A stretch of 53,247 nucleotides of DNA from Phycisphaerae bacterium (GTDB lineage Bacteria; Planctomycetota; Phycisphaerae; Sedimentisphaerales; Anaerohalosphaeraceae): assembly GCA_012729675.1 (NCBI GenBank), contig JAAYCR010000095.1, positions 1-53,247 of the forward strand. Reading direction: 5' to 3'. Shown here one piece after another: positions 11,656 to 19,972 of the stretch (positions are counted from its first letter, which is position 1; every line of letters begins with the position of its first letter). The translations under genes were made by a program, and so were the position numbers. The notes beneath the pieces were generated by a model. That model was not told the origin of the DNA. It worked only from the letters and a program-made list of their open reading frames with translations, and ran no database searches.

Positions 11656-11672
11656 TGTTAAAGGAGATGATT

Positions 11673-13664
11673 ATGTTGGCGATAGTAACCGAAGCATTGG
11701 GCGTGGTCTTGACCCTTTCACTGATTATTGTGGTCGGGCTTCTTGCCCTGTTTGTCAAGTGTTATAAGAAAGTATCTCAAGGCCAGGCGCTGATTCGCAA
11801 CGGCATGGGAGGAACGCAGGTGAGCTTTTCGGGAAAGATGGTCATCCCGATCCTCCACAAAGTCGAGTTTATGGATATTTCCGTCAAACGCATCGAGATC
11901 GACCGGCACGGCGAGTCGGGGCTGGTCTGCAAAGACAACCTGCGCGCCGATATCAAGGTGGCGTTTTTCGTGCGGGTCAACAATTCGATTGATGACGTCA
12001 AAAAGGTCGCCCAGTCGCTGGGCTGTGCCCGCGCGTCGGACGAACGGGCGCTGTACGAGCTGTTTGACGCCAAGTTTTCCGAGGCCCTCAAGAGCGTCGG
12101 CAAGCGCTTTGATTTTGCGGAGCTGTACGTGTCCCGCGTGGAATTCAAAGAGGAGATCCTCCAGATCATCGGCACAGACCTGAACGGGTATGTGCTTGAG
12201 GATGCGGCCATCGATTACCTGGAGCAGACCGACAAGAAACTGCTCAACCCCGACAACATTCTGGACGCCGAGGGCATCAAGAAGATTACCGTGCTGACCG
12301 CTGCGCAATACGAGATGGCCAACAGCCGCGAACGCGAAAAAGATAAGACCATCACACAGCAGAATGTCGAGGCACAGGAAGCGATTCTTGAACTGAACAA
12401 GCAATTGGCCGAGGCGGAAGCCAAGCAGAAACGCGAAATCGCCACTGTTCAGGCGCGCGAAGAAGCCGAAGCCAAAAAAGTGCAGGCCGAAGAACGCCAG
12501 AAGCACGAACGCGCACGCATCACCGCTGACGAAGAAATCGCGGTGGCCGAAGAAAACCGGCTGCGGCAGATCATTGTCGCGGCCAAAAATAAAGAACGCA
12601 CCGACGCGGTTGAAACCGAGCGCGTCGAACGCGACCGCGGGCTTGAGCGCGTCGAACGCGAACGGCTGGTGACGATTGCACAGGTCGAAAAAGACAAGAT
12701 CGTCGAAGGCGAGAAGAAGAATCTTCAGGCCGCGATCCGGGAGCGCGTCACGGTCGAAAAGACGGTGGTCGCCGAAGAGGAACGCATCAAAGACACCCGC
12801 GAATTCGCCACCGCCGACCGAAGCAAGCGCGTCGAGATCACCAAGGCCGAAGAACAGGCCGAACAGGCGCTGGTCATCGACATCAAAAAGGCCGAGGCGG
12901 CCAAGAAGGCCGAAGAGTTTTACGCCCAGCAGAAGCTTATCGACGCCGAGGCCAATCTGGAAGCGTCCCGGAAAAACGCCGAGGCCAAAAAAACCATCGC
13001 CGCCGCCCAGATCAAGGAACACGCCGTGCAGGGCATGGCCGAGGCCGAGGTGCAGGAAGCCAAGGCCGTCGCGCTGGAAAAAGAAGGCACTGCTGAGGCG
13101 ACGGTGATGGAGCGCAAGTATCATGCCGAGGCCGACGGCATCCGCGACAAGGCCGAAGCGATGAAGATTTTCGACGCCGTGGGCAAAGAGCACGAGGAAT
13201 TCAAGCTCAAGCTCAACAAAGATCTGAAAATCGAGCTGGCCGAGGTGCACGTCCACAAAGACATCGCCGCCGAACAGGCCAAGATTGTCGGCGAAGCCCT
13301 TAAGTCGGCCCGCATCGACATCGTCGGCGGCGACAACAACTTCTTCAATCGGCTGGTCAATTCGATCACCACGGGCAAATCCGTTGACCGGATGGTCGAT
13401 AACAGCGCTGTGCTGGCCGACGTTCGGCAGGCACTGCTGGGCAAAGACGCCGATGAATCGGTCGCCAAGATTCGCCAGTTTGTCTCCCGGTTCGGCGTTA
13501 CCAGCGAAGACGTCAAAAACCTGTCCGTCTCGGCGCTGGTGATGCAGATGATGGACAAGGCCGACAAAAAAGACAAGGGCGTGCTTGGCTCGATTCTGGA
13601 AACGGTCAAACAAAGCGGCCTGGCCGATCTGCCCGCCAAAGACCTTGGTTTATCGGGCAAATAA
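11673..13664 (+). CDS. Flotillin-like SPFH/Band-7 protein (YqiK/FloT-type) with a long E/A/K-rich coiled-coil
   Basis: An N-terminal TM helix, then an SPFH domain (…VSKRIEIDRHGESGLVCKDNLRADIKVAFFVRV…), then ~300 aa of EA-repeat coiled-coil. AAGGAG Shine-Dalgarno 6 nt before ATG 11673; the track start 11655 overlaps the upstream stop. Confidence 0.85.
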   Translation: MLAIVTEALGVVLTLSLIIVVGLLALFVKCYKKVSQGQALIRNGMGGTQVSFSGKMVIPILHKVEFMDISVKRIEIDRHGESGLVCKDNLRADIKVAFFVRVNNSIDDVKKVAQSLGCARASDERALYELFDAKFSEALKSVGKRFDFAELYVSRVEFKEEILQIIGTDLNGYVLEDAAIDYLEQTDKKLLNPDNILDAEGIKKITVLTAAQYEMANSREREKDKTITQQNVEAQEAILELNKQLAEAEAKQKREIATVQAREEAEAKKVQAEERQKHERARITADEEIAVAEENRLRQIIVAAKNKERTDAVETERVERDRGLERVERERLVTIAQVEKDKIVEGEKKNLQAAIRERVTVEKTVVAEEERIKDTREFATADRSKRVEITKAEEQAEQALVIDIKKAEAAKKAEEFYAQQKLIDAEANLEASRKNAEAKKTIAAAQIKEHAVQGMAEAEVQEAKAVALEKEGTAEATVMERKYHAEADGIRDKAEAMKIFDAVGKEHEEFKLKLNKDLKIELAEVHVHKDIAAEQAKIVGEALKSARIDIVGGDNNFFNRLVNSITTGKSVDRMVDNSAVLADVRQALLGKDADESVAKIRQFVSRFGVTSEDVKNLSVSALVMQMMDKADKKDKGVLGSILETVKQSGLADLPAKDLGLSGK

Positions 13665-13774
13665 CAGACGGTGACCGCTAACTGAACCCTGCGGTCGGTC
13701 TGTGGTGGCGCTGGACAGCATAGCGCCGCCGCGGCCGAACCCGGCGTGAATCGAATTTCGCAAAGAAACGACCT

Positions 13775-16700
13775 ATGGCAGACAAAAACGAACACACGAC
13801 ACAGGCCCCCGCCGCATCGGATACGCTGCAGGGCGGCACCTACGAGGTGATTCAGAATCGCCTCGCAACGCACGGCAAAGACCTGCTGGGCCGCCTGACC
13901 AAACTCAATACGCTGCGTAAGAGCGTTTTCGGCGCCATCGATACCAAGCTGCTGTCCAGCGACCGCATTACCACCGACAACTACTGTGTGCCGCGCGATA
14001 TGGTGTCCATCGGGGATTGTTTTATCTTCGGCTACAATGTCTTTATCGGGCTTCGCACGGAAACGACGCTGGCAGATGTCTTCACGATTTATCGCCGGCA
14101 GGACGGGACGATGGTTCCCTGCGGGCTGGAGATGATCGGCAATGCGACGTTTGAGACGGATTTCAAAAATCTCTACAAATACTATCGCTACGCGACTTTT
14201 GTCAAGTTCGCCATCATCGGCCCTCATCTGTTTATGGTCTTTCGCATCGGCAAAGACATCACCGACATCAAGACCTTTAAATGGCTCATGCGCAGCGACC
14301 GTCTGGAATACATCGATAACCGCAGCGATCACGAGTACCGATACCCCCCGCAGCATGAGTTCGAATGGACGCGCGTCACGCAGGATATGCATCGCAGCGG
14401 CCTGCATCCGCACATCTCCATCGAAGACAAGGTCTTCGTCGAGACCACCGAAGGCGATTTGACAATCAAGGTCGAAGACAACACCGCAAGCGGGCAGGGC
14501 ATTTACAGCGAACCGGTTGACGATCCCGACCAGACGCTCAGCGATGCGGAGATCTATTACGCGATTGTCGGCGAGATTGTCCTGCTGAAAATCCGTCCGT
14601 ACAAGGAAAAGCTCTTCCGCTATTTCATTTATAACCATAAGATTCAGCAGGCGCTTCGGGTCGATTCGATCCAGGACGCCTGTGTGCTGCTGCCGGAAGG
14701 CCACGGCCTGGTGTTCCCCCGCGGCTACTATCTCAAGACCGGCCAGGTCAAGCAGTTCGATACCGACATCCGCGACCTGATTTTTGAAAAACGCATCGGG
14801 TCGCCCAACGGCGAGGACACGCTGTATGTGTTTTACAATCGGCTCAGCGGCGATTATGTGCTGCTGTCGTACAATATGATCGAACAGACCATGCTGGTGC
14901 CGACCGTCTGCAACGGCTACTCGTTTTTTGACGACGGCACGCTGCTGCTGTTCCGCGCCGACGGCGAGCCGCAAAAGCACCACGTCGTTCAAATCTGGCA
15001 GACGCCGTACTACCATCCCGATCACCCGATCGCGGTTCGCACCGATACAGACCTCTACAAAATCGGCAACAAAACCATTGTCCGCTGTATGGCCGAGTGT
15101 ACGGAATTGCTGAACCTGATTCATAAAGACAAGCCCTATGCGGAGTTGTATGTCGATATCAGCAAGAAGGCCGAAGGGTTGTGCGACAGCTATTTCTGGC
15201 TGGGCGAGGCGGTCGTCGGCAACCTTCTGGAGCCGCTCAAGGCCATTCAGCAGGCGGCGACGGCGGCGATTGACGAATACGAAAAAGTCGTGCGGACCCG
15301 CCAAAGCACCCGCGACCAGATCCAGCAGGTCCGGCAGCGCATCACCGAGGCGATTGATGCGATTGACGATGCCGTCCCCGACGACATCGATTTTTATGTG
15401 ACGCATCTGACGACACTGCGAACGCTTCGCGGCCAGGCCGTATCGCTCAAAGACCTGCGGTACGCCGACCTCGACCTGGTCGCGTCGCTCGAAAACGACG
15501 TGGCCGAACACGCCGATCGGCTTGCCGAACAATGCGTGCAATTTTTGCTCCAGCCGGAATCGCTGGAGCCGTACCGGCAGCGCACACAGCATCTGGCCGA
15601 GCAGGTGCCCGGTCTTGAAAAGGCCGCCGACGCCAAAGCACTTCGCCAACAGACGGATGAGGCGGCCGGACAACTGGAAATGCTCACCGAGATCGTCAGC
15701 AACCTGAAGATTACCGACGCGACCGAAACCGTGGCGATCATCGACGCGATCTCGCTGGTCTATTCGGAGATCAATCAGCTCAAGTCGCGCCTGCGCAACA
15801 AGCATCAGGACCTGGCCGCCGTCGAAGGCCGCGCCGAGTTCGCCTCGCAGATCAAACTCATCGAACAATCCGTGATTAACTATCTGGAGGTCTGCGATAC
15901 GCCGGAAAAATGCGATGAGTACTTGACCAAAATTTCCGTGCAGCTCGAAACGCTGGACAGCCGCTTTGCCGAGTTCGACGAATTCGTGCTGCTGCTGACC
16001 GAAAAACGCGAGGATGTCTATAACGCCTTCGAATCGCGAAAGCAGTTGCTCATCCAGCAGCGTAATCAGCGAGCGGTGGTGGTGATGACCGCCGCCGAGC
16101 GCGTCCTCAAGGGCATCCAAAACCGCGTCTATGCGATGACCGATGTCAACGAGATCAACGGCTACTTCGCCTCCAACCCGATGATCGAGCGGGTGCGGGA
16201 CAATATCGCCCAACTCGAACAACTGGGCGATTCGGTCAAGGCCGAAGACATCAAGAGCCGCCTCAAGACCCTCCAGCAGGACGCCATCCGCCAACTCAAA
16301 GACAAGCAGGCCCTGTACGAAGACGGCGACAACATCATCCGGTTCGGCAGCCACCGCTTCTCCGTCAACAAGCAGCCGCTGGAAGGCACCCTCGTCCGAC
16401 AGGGCGAGGCGCTGTATTATCATCTGACCGGTACGGGCTTTTTCGAACCGATTGACGATGTCGCCATCACGGCCGCCAAAGACCTCTGGCAGATGGACGT
16501 CGTCTCCGAAAGCGAAGCGGTCTATCGCGCCGAATATCTCGCCTGGCAGATGCTCGAACAGATGGACGACGCCGCCCGCGCCGAAGCGCTTCGTGATGAA
16601 TCGCTTGAGGGGCTGACCGGCCGCATCCAGGCGTTTATGGCGCCTCGGTTCGATGAGGGTTATGTCAAGGGCGTGCACGACCATGACGCCGCCAAAATTC

Positions 16701-19108
16701 TGCACGCGCTGCTGATGCTGCACGCGACCATCGGTCTGCTGCGTTACCCGGCGGCTTGCCGGACGCTGGCGGCGGTCTTCTGGGCGTTGTTTGAAGAAGG
16801 GCAGGAAAAGAAGCGCATCGCCGACTTGCTGGCCGGGGCAGGCCATATCCAATCGCTCTTTGCCGACCCGAACGTCCGCAAGAGCTATCAGGCGAGGTTG
16901 GCCGAACACATCGGCCGCTTTGCCGAAACCTCCGGCCTGTTTGATTCGGCGCAGGCCGGGCTGGCGGCCGAGTATCTGTTTGAGGAGCTTGCCGAGACAG
17001 GCCCCTTTGCGGCCAGCCGACGGGCGAGCGATCTGCGGCGGGACTTCGAGCAATACCTCCGCGATCAGGATTCCTTCGAGCGGTTCGCCGATACGATTCA
17101 GTCGCTGGCGTCGGATCCGCCGGCCGTGTTCGGCCTGCTGCGGGACTGGGTGGCGTCATGGCTGGCTCGCACCGACCGAAACGAGATGGCCGAATACATC
17201 GACGAGGCCGCCTTCCTGCTCCATCCGCTGTCGCCGCCGCGTACGGTGATCGATCACGCGGTCACGTGTACCATCGCGGAGATGGCCGGGTCGCATCCGA
17301 GGATACAGCAGGGCCTCTACAGGCTGCATTACGGTGATTTTGTGACGCGGCTTTACCACCATATGCATCATGTCACGCCCCGGTTTATCCAGTGCCAGCA
17401 GGCCAAAAAACGGCTCGTCGAACAATACAACCAGGCGCTTTGCCTGGAGGAATTCCAGAGCAAGGTGCTGACCACCTTTGTGCGCAACAAACTCATCGAT
17501 TTGGTCTATCTGCCGCTGATCGGCGACAGCCTGGCCAAGCAGATCGGCACTGCCGATCAAACCAAACGCACCGACCGGCAGGGCCTGCTGCTGCTGATAT
17601 CTCCGCCCGGCTACGGCAAAACAACGCTGATGGAATACGTCGCCAACCGGCTGGGGCTGATTTTCGTCAAGGTCAACGGCCCGGCCCTCGGCCGTCAGGT
17701 CACCTCGTTCGATCCCGGCGAGGTGTCCAACGCCGCCGCCCGCAAGGAACTGGAAAAGCTGAATCTGTCCTTCGAGATGGGCGACAACGTGATGATTTAC
17801 GTCGACGACATCCAGCACACCAACCCGGAATTCTTGCAGCAGTTTATCTCGCTGTGCGACGCCCAGCGCCGCGTCGAAGGCGTCTATAAAGGCCGCTGGC
17901 GCACCTATGATTTTCGCGGCAAGCGGGTTTGCGTGGTCATGGCGGGCAACCCCTACACCGAAAGCGGCGAAAAGTTCAAAATTCCCGATATGCTCAGCAA
18001 CCGCGCCGACACTTACAACATCGGCGATATCGTCGGGGATAACGCCGACGCCTTTGAACTGAGCTTCATCGAAAACAGCCTGACGTCCAACTCGGTTCTG
18101 CAAAGCGTTGCCCGACGCAGCCAGAACGACATCGATGTTATGATCAAAATGGCTCAAACCGGCGACAAAGAGGGCATTGAGTTCGAAGACACGTACTCGG
18201 CCGACGACCTGAACGAGTACGTCAACACGCTTCGGAAGCTCTTTGTTGTGCGTGATGTCGTGCTCAAGGTCAACCAGCAGTACATCGCCTCCGCCGGGCA
18301 GGCCGACGCATACCGTACCGAACCGCCGTTTCTGCTGCAAGGCTCGTACCGCAATATGAACCGCATCGCATCCCGCGTGCTGCCGGTGATGAACGATCAG
18401 GAACTGTGGACGCAAATCTATTCCAGCTATGAGCAGGACGCCCAGACGCTGACTTCCGGGGCCGAGTCGAATCTGCTCAAGTTTCGCGAGATGATCGGGC
18501 AATTGGACGACACGCAGGCCGCCCGCTGGTCGGACATCAAGAAAACGTTCTGTCGTAACAAGCTGCTCGGCGGCGACTCCGACGACAAAATCTCTCAGGT
18601 CGTCGGCCAGTTGAATGCCTTCGGCGCCGGGCTGGACGCCATCCGCGACACCATCGCCGACAGCGTGATGACCCTCGCCGCCAAAACGGTCGAGCCGGCT
18701 CAAACGGCATTGGCACAGGAACAGTTCAATCAAGTTTCTGATCAGATGCTCGAACGCCTCAATCAGGTGATTGCGGCCATCAAAGAACAAGGGACGGCAC
18801 TGGTGCAGCGGCAAACCGAACACGGGCAGCTCGAAGAGGCCAAACAGTCGCAAAAAAGTACCGAAATGCTGGTCTCCGTTCTGGAAGAGCAATTCCGCAC
18901 GCTGGAAACATGGCTGATTCCGGTACACAAAAGCGACGCGGATCGAGTCGAATATTTTCAACACCTGATGGAACGCTTCGAAACGATGGTCTCCGGCTAC
19001 ACGCGCCTGATGGACGCCTTGAGGAAAAAATACGAACCATTGCTGAAAAAATCAAAAACCGAAAACCCGTCCCCTTCAAAGCCGTCGCATAAAAAGGGGC
19101 AAAAATAA
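13775..19108 (+). CDS. Giant (1777 aa) protein with N-terminal beta-rich region, long helical middle, and a C-proximal AAA_5/MoxR-type ATPase domain
   Basis: Uninterrupted ORF in frame with its neighbours. Walker A-like LLLLISPPGYGKTT (17609-17626). Walker B VMIYVDDIQH (17789-17809). Sensor VCVVMAGNPYTESGEKFKIPDMLSNRADTY (~17945), like the xNP/'DRF' region of MoxR/McrB/midasin-type AAA_5 domains. No other domain recognised by eye. Confidence 0.75.
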   Translation: MADKNEHTTQAPAASDTLQGGTYEVIQNRLATHGKDLLGRLTKLNTLRKSVFGAIDTKLLSSDRITTDNYCVPRDMVSIGDCFIFGYNVFIGLRTETTLADVFTIYRRQDGTMVPCGLEMIGNATFETDFKNLYKYYRYATFVKFAIIGPHLFMVFRIGKDITDIKTFKWLMRSDRLEYIDNRSDHEYRYPPQHEFEWTRVTQDMHRSGLHPHISIEDKVFVETTEGDLTIKVEDNTASGQGIYSEPVDDPDQTLSDAEIYYAIVGEIVLLKIRPYKEKLFRYFIYNHKIQQALRVDSIQDACVLLPEGHGLVFPRGYYLKTGQVKQFDTDIRDLIFEKRIGSPNGEDTLYVFYNRLSGDYVLLSYNMIEQTMLVPTVCNGYSFFDDGTLLLFRADGEPQKHHVVQIWQTPYYHPDHPIAVRTDTDLYKIGNKTIVRCMAECTELLNLIHKDKPYAELYVDISKKAEGLCDSYFWLGEAVVGNLLEPLKAIQQAATAAIDEYEKVVRTRQSTRDQIQQVRQRITEAIDAIDDAVPDDIDFYVTHLTTLRTLRGQAVSLKDLRYADLDLVASLENDVAEHADRLAEQCVQFLLQPESLEPYRQRTQHLAEQVPGLEKAADAKALRQQTDEAAGQLEMLTEIVSNLKITDATETVAIIDAISLVYSEINQLKSRLRNKHQDLAAVEGRAEFASQIKLIEQSVINYLEVCDTPEKCDEYLTKISVQLETLDSRFAEFDEFVLLLTEKREDVYNAFESRKQLLIQQRNQRAVVVMTAAERVLKGIQNRVYAMTDVNEINGYFASNPMIERVRDNIAQLEQLGDSVKAEDIKSRLKTLQQDAIRQLKDKQALYEDGDNIIRFGSHRFSVNKQPLEGTLVRQGEALYYHLTGTGFFEPIDDVAITAAKDLWQMDVVSESEAVYRAEYLAWQMLEQMDDAARAEALRDESLEGLTGRIQAFMAPRFDEGYVKGVHDHDAAKILHALLMLHATIGLLRYPAACRTLAAVFWALFEEGQEKKRIADLLAGAGHIQSLFADPNVRKSYQARLAEHIGRFAETSGLFDSAQAGLAAEYLFEELAETGPFAASRRASDLRRDFEQYLRDQDSFERFADTIQSLASDPPAVFGLLRDWVASWLARTDRNEMAEYIDEAAFLLHPLSPPRTVIDHAVTCTIAEMAGSHPRIQQGLYRLHYGDFVTRLYHHMHHVTPRFIQCQQAKKRLVEQYNQALCLEEFQSKVLTTFVRNKLIDLVYLPLIGDSLAKQIGTADQTKRTDRQGLLLLISPPGYGKTTLMEYVANRLGLIFVKVNGPALGRQVTSFDPGEVSNAAARKELEKLNLSFEMGDNVMIYVDDIQHTNPEFLQQFISLCDAQRRVEGVYKGRWRTYDFRGKRVCVVMAGNPYTESGEKFKIPDMLSNRADTYNIGDIVGDNADAFELSFIENSLTSNSVLQSVARRSQNDIDVMIKMAQTGDKEGIEFEDTYSADDLNEYVNTLRKLFVVRDVVLKVNQQYIASAGQADAYRTEPPFLLQGSYRNMNRIASRVLPVMNDQELWTQIYSSYEQDAQTLTSGAESNLLKFREMIGQLDDTQAARWSDIKKTFCRNKLLGGDSDDKISQVVGQLNAFGAGLDAIRDTIADSVMTLAAKTVEPAQTALAQEQFNQVSDQMLERLNQVIAAIKEQGTALVQRQTEHGQLEEAKQSQKSTEMLVSVLEEQFRTLETWLIPVHKSDADRVEYFQHLMERFETMVSGYTRLMDALRKKYEPLLKKSKTENPSPSKPSHKKGQK

Positions 19109-19122
19109 CGAAATGACGTCAA

Positions 19123-19839
19123 ATGGGCAAGATCGATCGCCTAAAACGCATTACCATGGCCCGGATTGAGGCCTTTTTGGATTCGCTCGAAAAACCCGAA
19201 CTGATACTGCCCCAACTCCTCAACGAGATGGAACAGCAGATGCGCGAGGCGGCCGCGGCCAAGGCCAAGGCACTCTCGGCGGTCAAGGGCGCGCGGCGTC
19301 GGCTTGATGAGGCCGCCGGAAGATCGCTTCGGCTGGAACGGGGCGCGGCGCTGGCCGTCCGGGCCAATGATCTGAAAACCGCCCGTCAGGCGCTGGCTGC
19401 CCAACTTGAGGCCGAAAAGCAGTATCAACGGCATCAGACGGAACTGGAAAACGTGGAGAAGGCCTATCTGGCCGCGGAGGCGGTCTTTAAACAGATTTCG
19501 GAAAACCGGGATGCGCTTAAGAAGAAAAACGCACAGCTTCTCAAGCAGCATCGCCAACAGCAGGTAATCCAGATACTGTGCGACCAATATACGCGATCCG
19601 TCATCGAACCCAAACAGAGTATCCTGGACGCCGTGATCCGCATCGAGACCAATATCGAGCAGCAGCAAATCAAACTTGAGGCGAATAACGACCTCGCCAG
19701 GATTCTCGGTGCCGGCGCCATTGAAGAACACATCAAATCCCTCGAACACATAGCCCAGGTCGAGGAGCGTCTGGCCGCGTTAAAAAAACAGCTTCGCGCG
19801 GAAAACGCCCCGGATTCGCAACACAACCCGGGCAATTGA
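19123..19839 (+). CDS. PspA/IM30 family protein (paralog 3)
   Basis: MGKIDRLKRITMARIEAFLDSLEKPELILPQLLNEMEQQMREA has the PspA-like N-terminus (ARIEAFLD…EKPE…NEMEQQ). It starts 15 nt after the stop of the giant ORF. 238 aa coiled-coil. Confidence 0.8.
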   Translation: MGKIDRLKRITMARIEAFLDSLEKPELILPQLLNEMEQQMREAAAAKAKALSAVKGARRRLDEAAGRSLRLERGAALAVRANDLKTARQALAAQLEAEKQYQRHQTELENVEKAYLAAEAVFKQISENRDALKKKNAQLLKQHRQQQVIQILCDQYTRSVIEPKQSILDAVIRIETNIEQQQIKLEANNDLARILGAGAIEEHIKSLEHIAQVEERLAALKKQLRAENAPDSQHNPGN

Positions 19840-19881
19840 CCGCCCCTCTCATTGTCGAGCAAACAAACCCAACCGGGGGTA

Positions 19882-19909
19882 TTGAGCTTTCCTGGAGTGG
19901 GGGTATAAT
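19882..19909 (+). promoter_or_regulatory. Sigma70-like promoter (TTGAGC-16 nt-TATAAT) upstream of the permease gene
   Basis: TTGAGC at 19882-19887 and TATAAT at 19904-19909, ~60 nt upstream of ATG 19973. Confidence 0.3.
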
Positions 19910-19972
19910 CGGCGTTTCGCGGCGCGGCGTGAGCGCTTGGTCTGATTTCAAACAAGAGATGACAGGCGGTAT

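Noticed and set aside
11718-13613. 631-aa minus-strand ORF
   Set aside because: Antisense shadow of the flotillin gene; the EA-rich coiled-coil coding sequence gives an LF/GD-rich reverse-frame product.
13121-18964. 1310-aa and 602-aa minus-strand ORFs (13121..17053, 17156..18964)
   Set aside because: Antisense shadows of the 1777-aa plus-strand gene. The plus-strand product has real motifs (Walker A/B); the reverse products are low-complexity.
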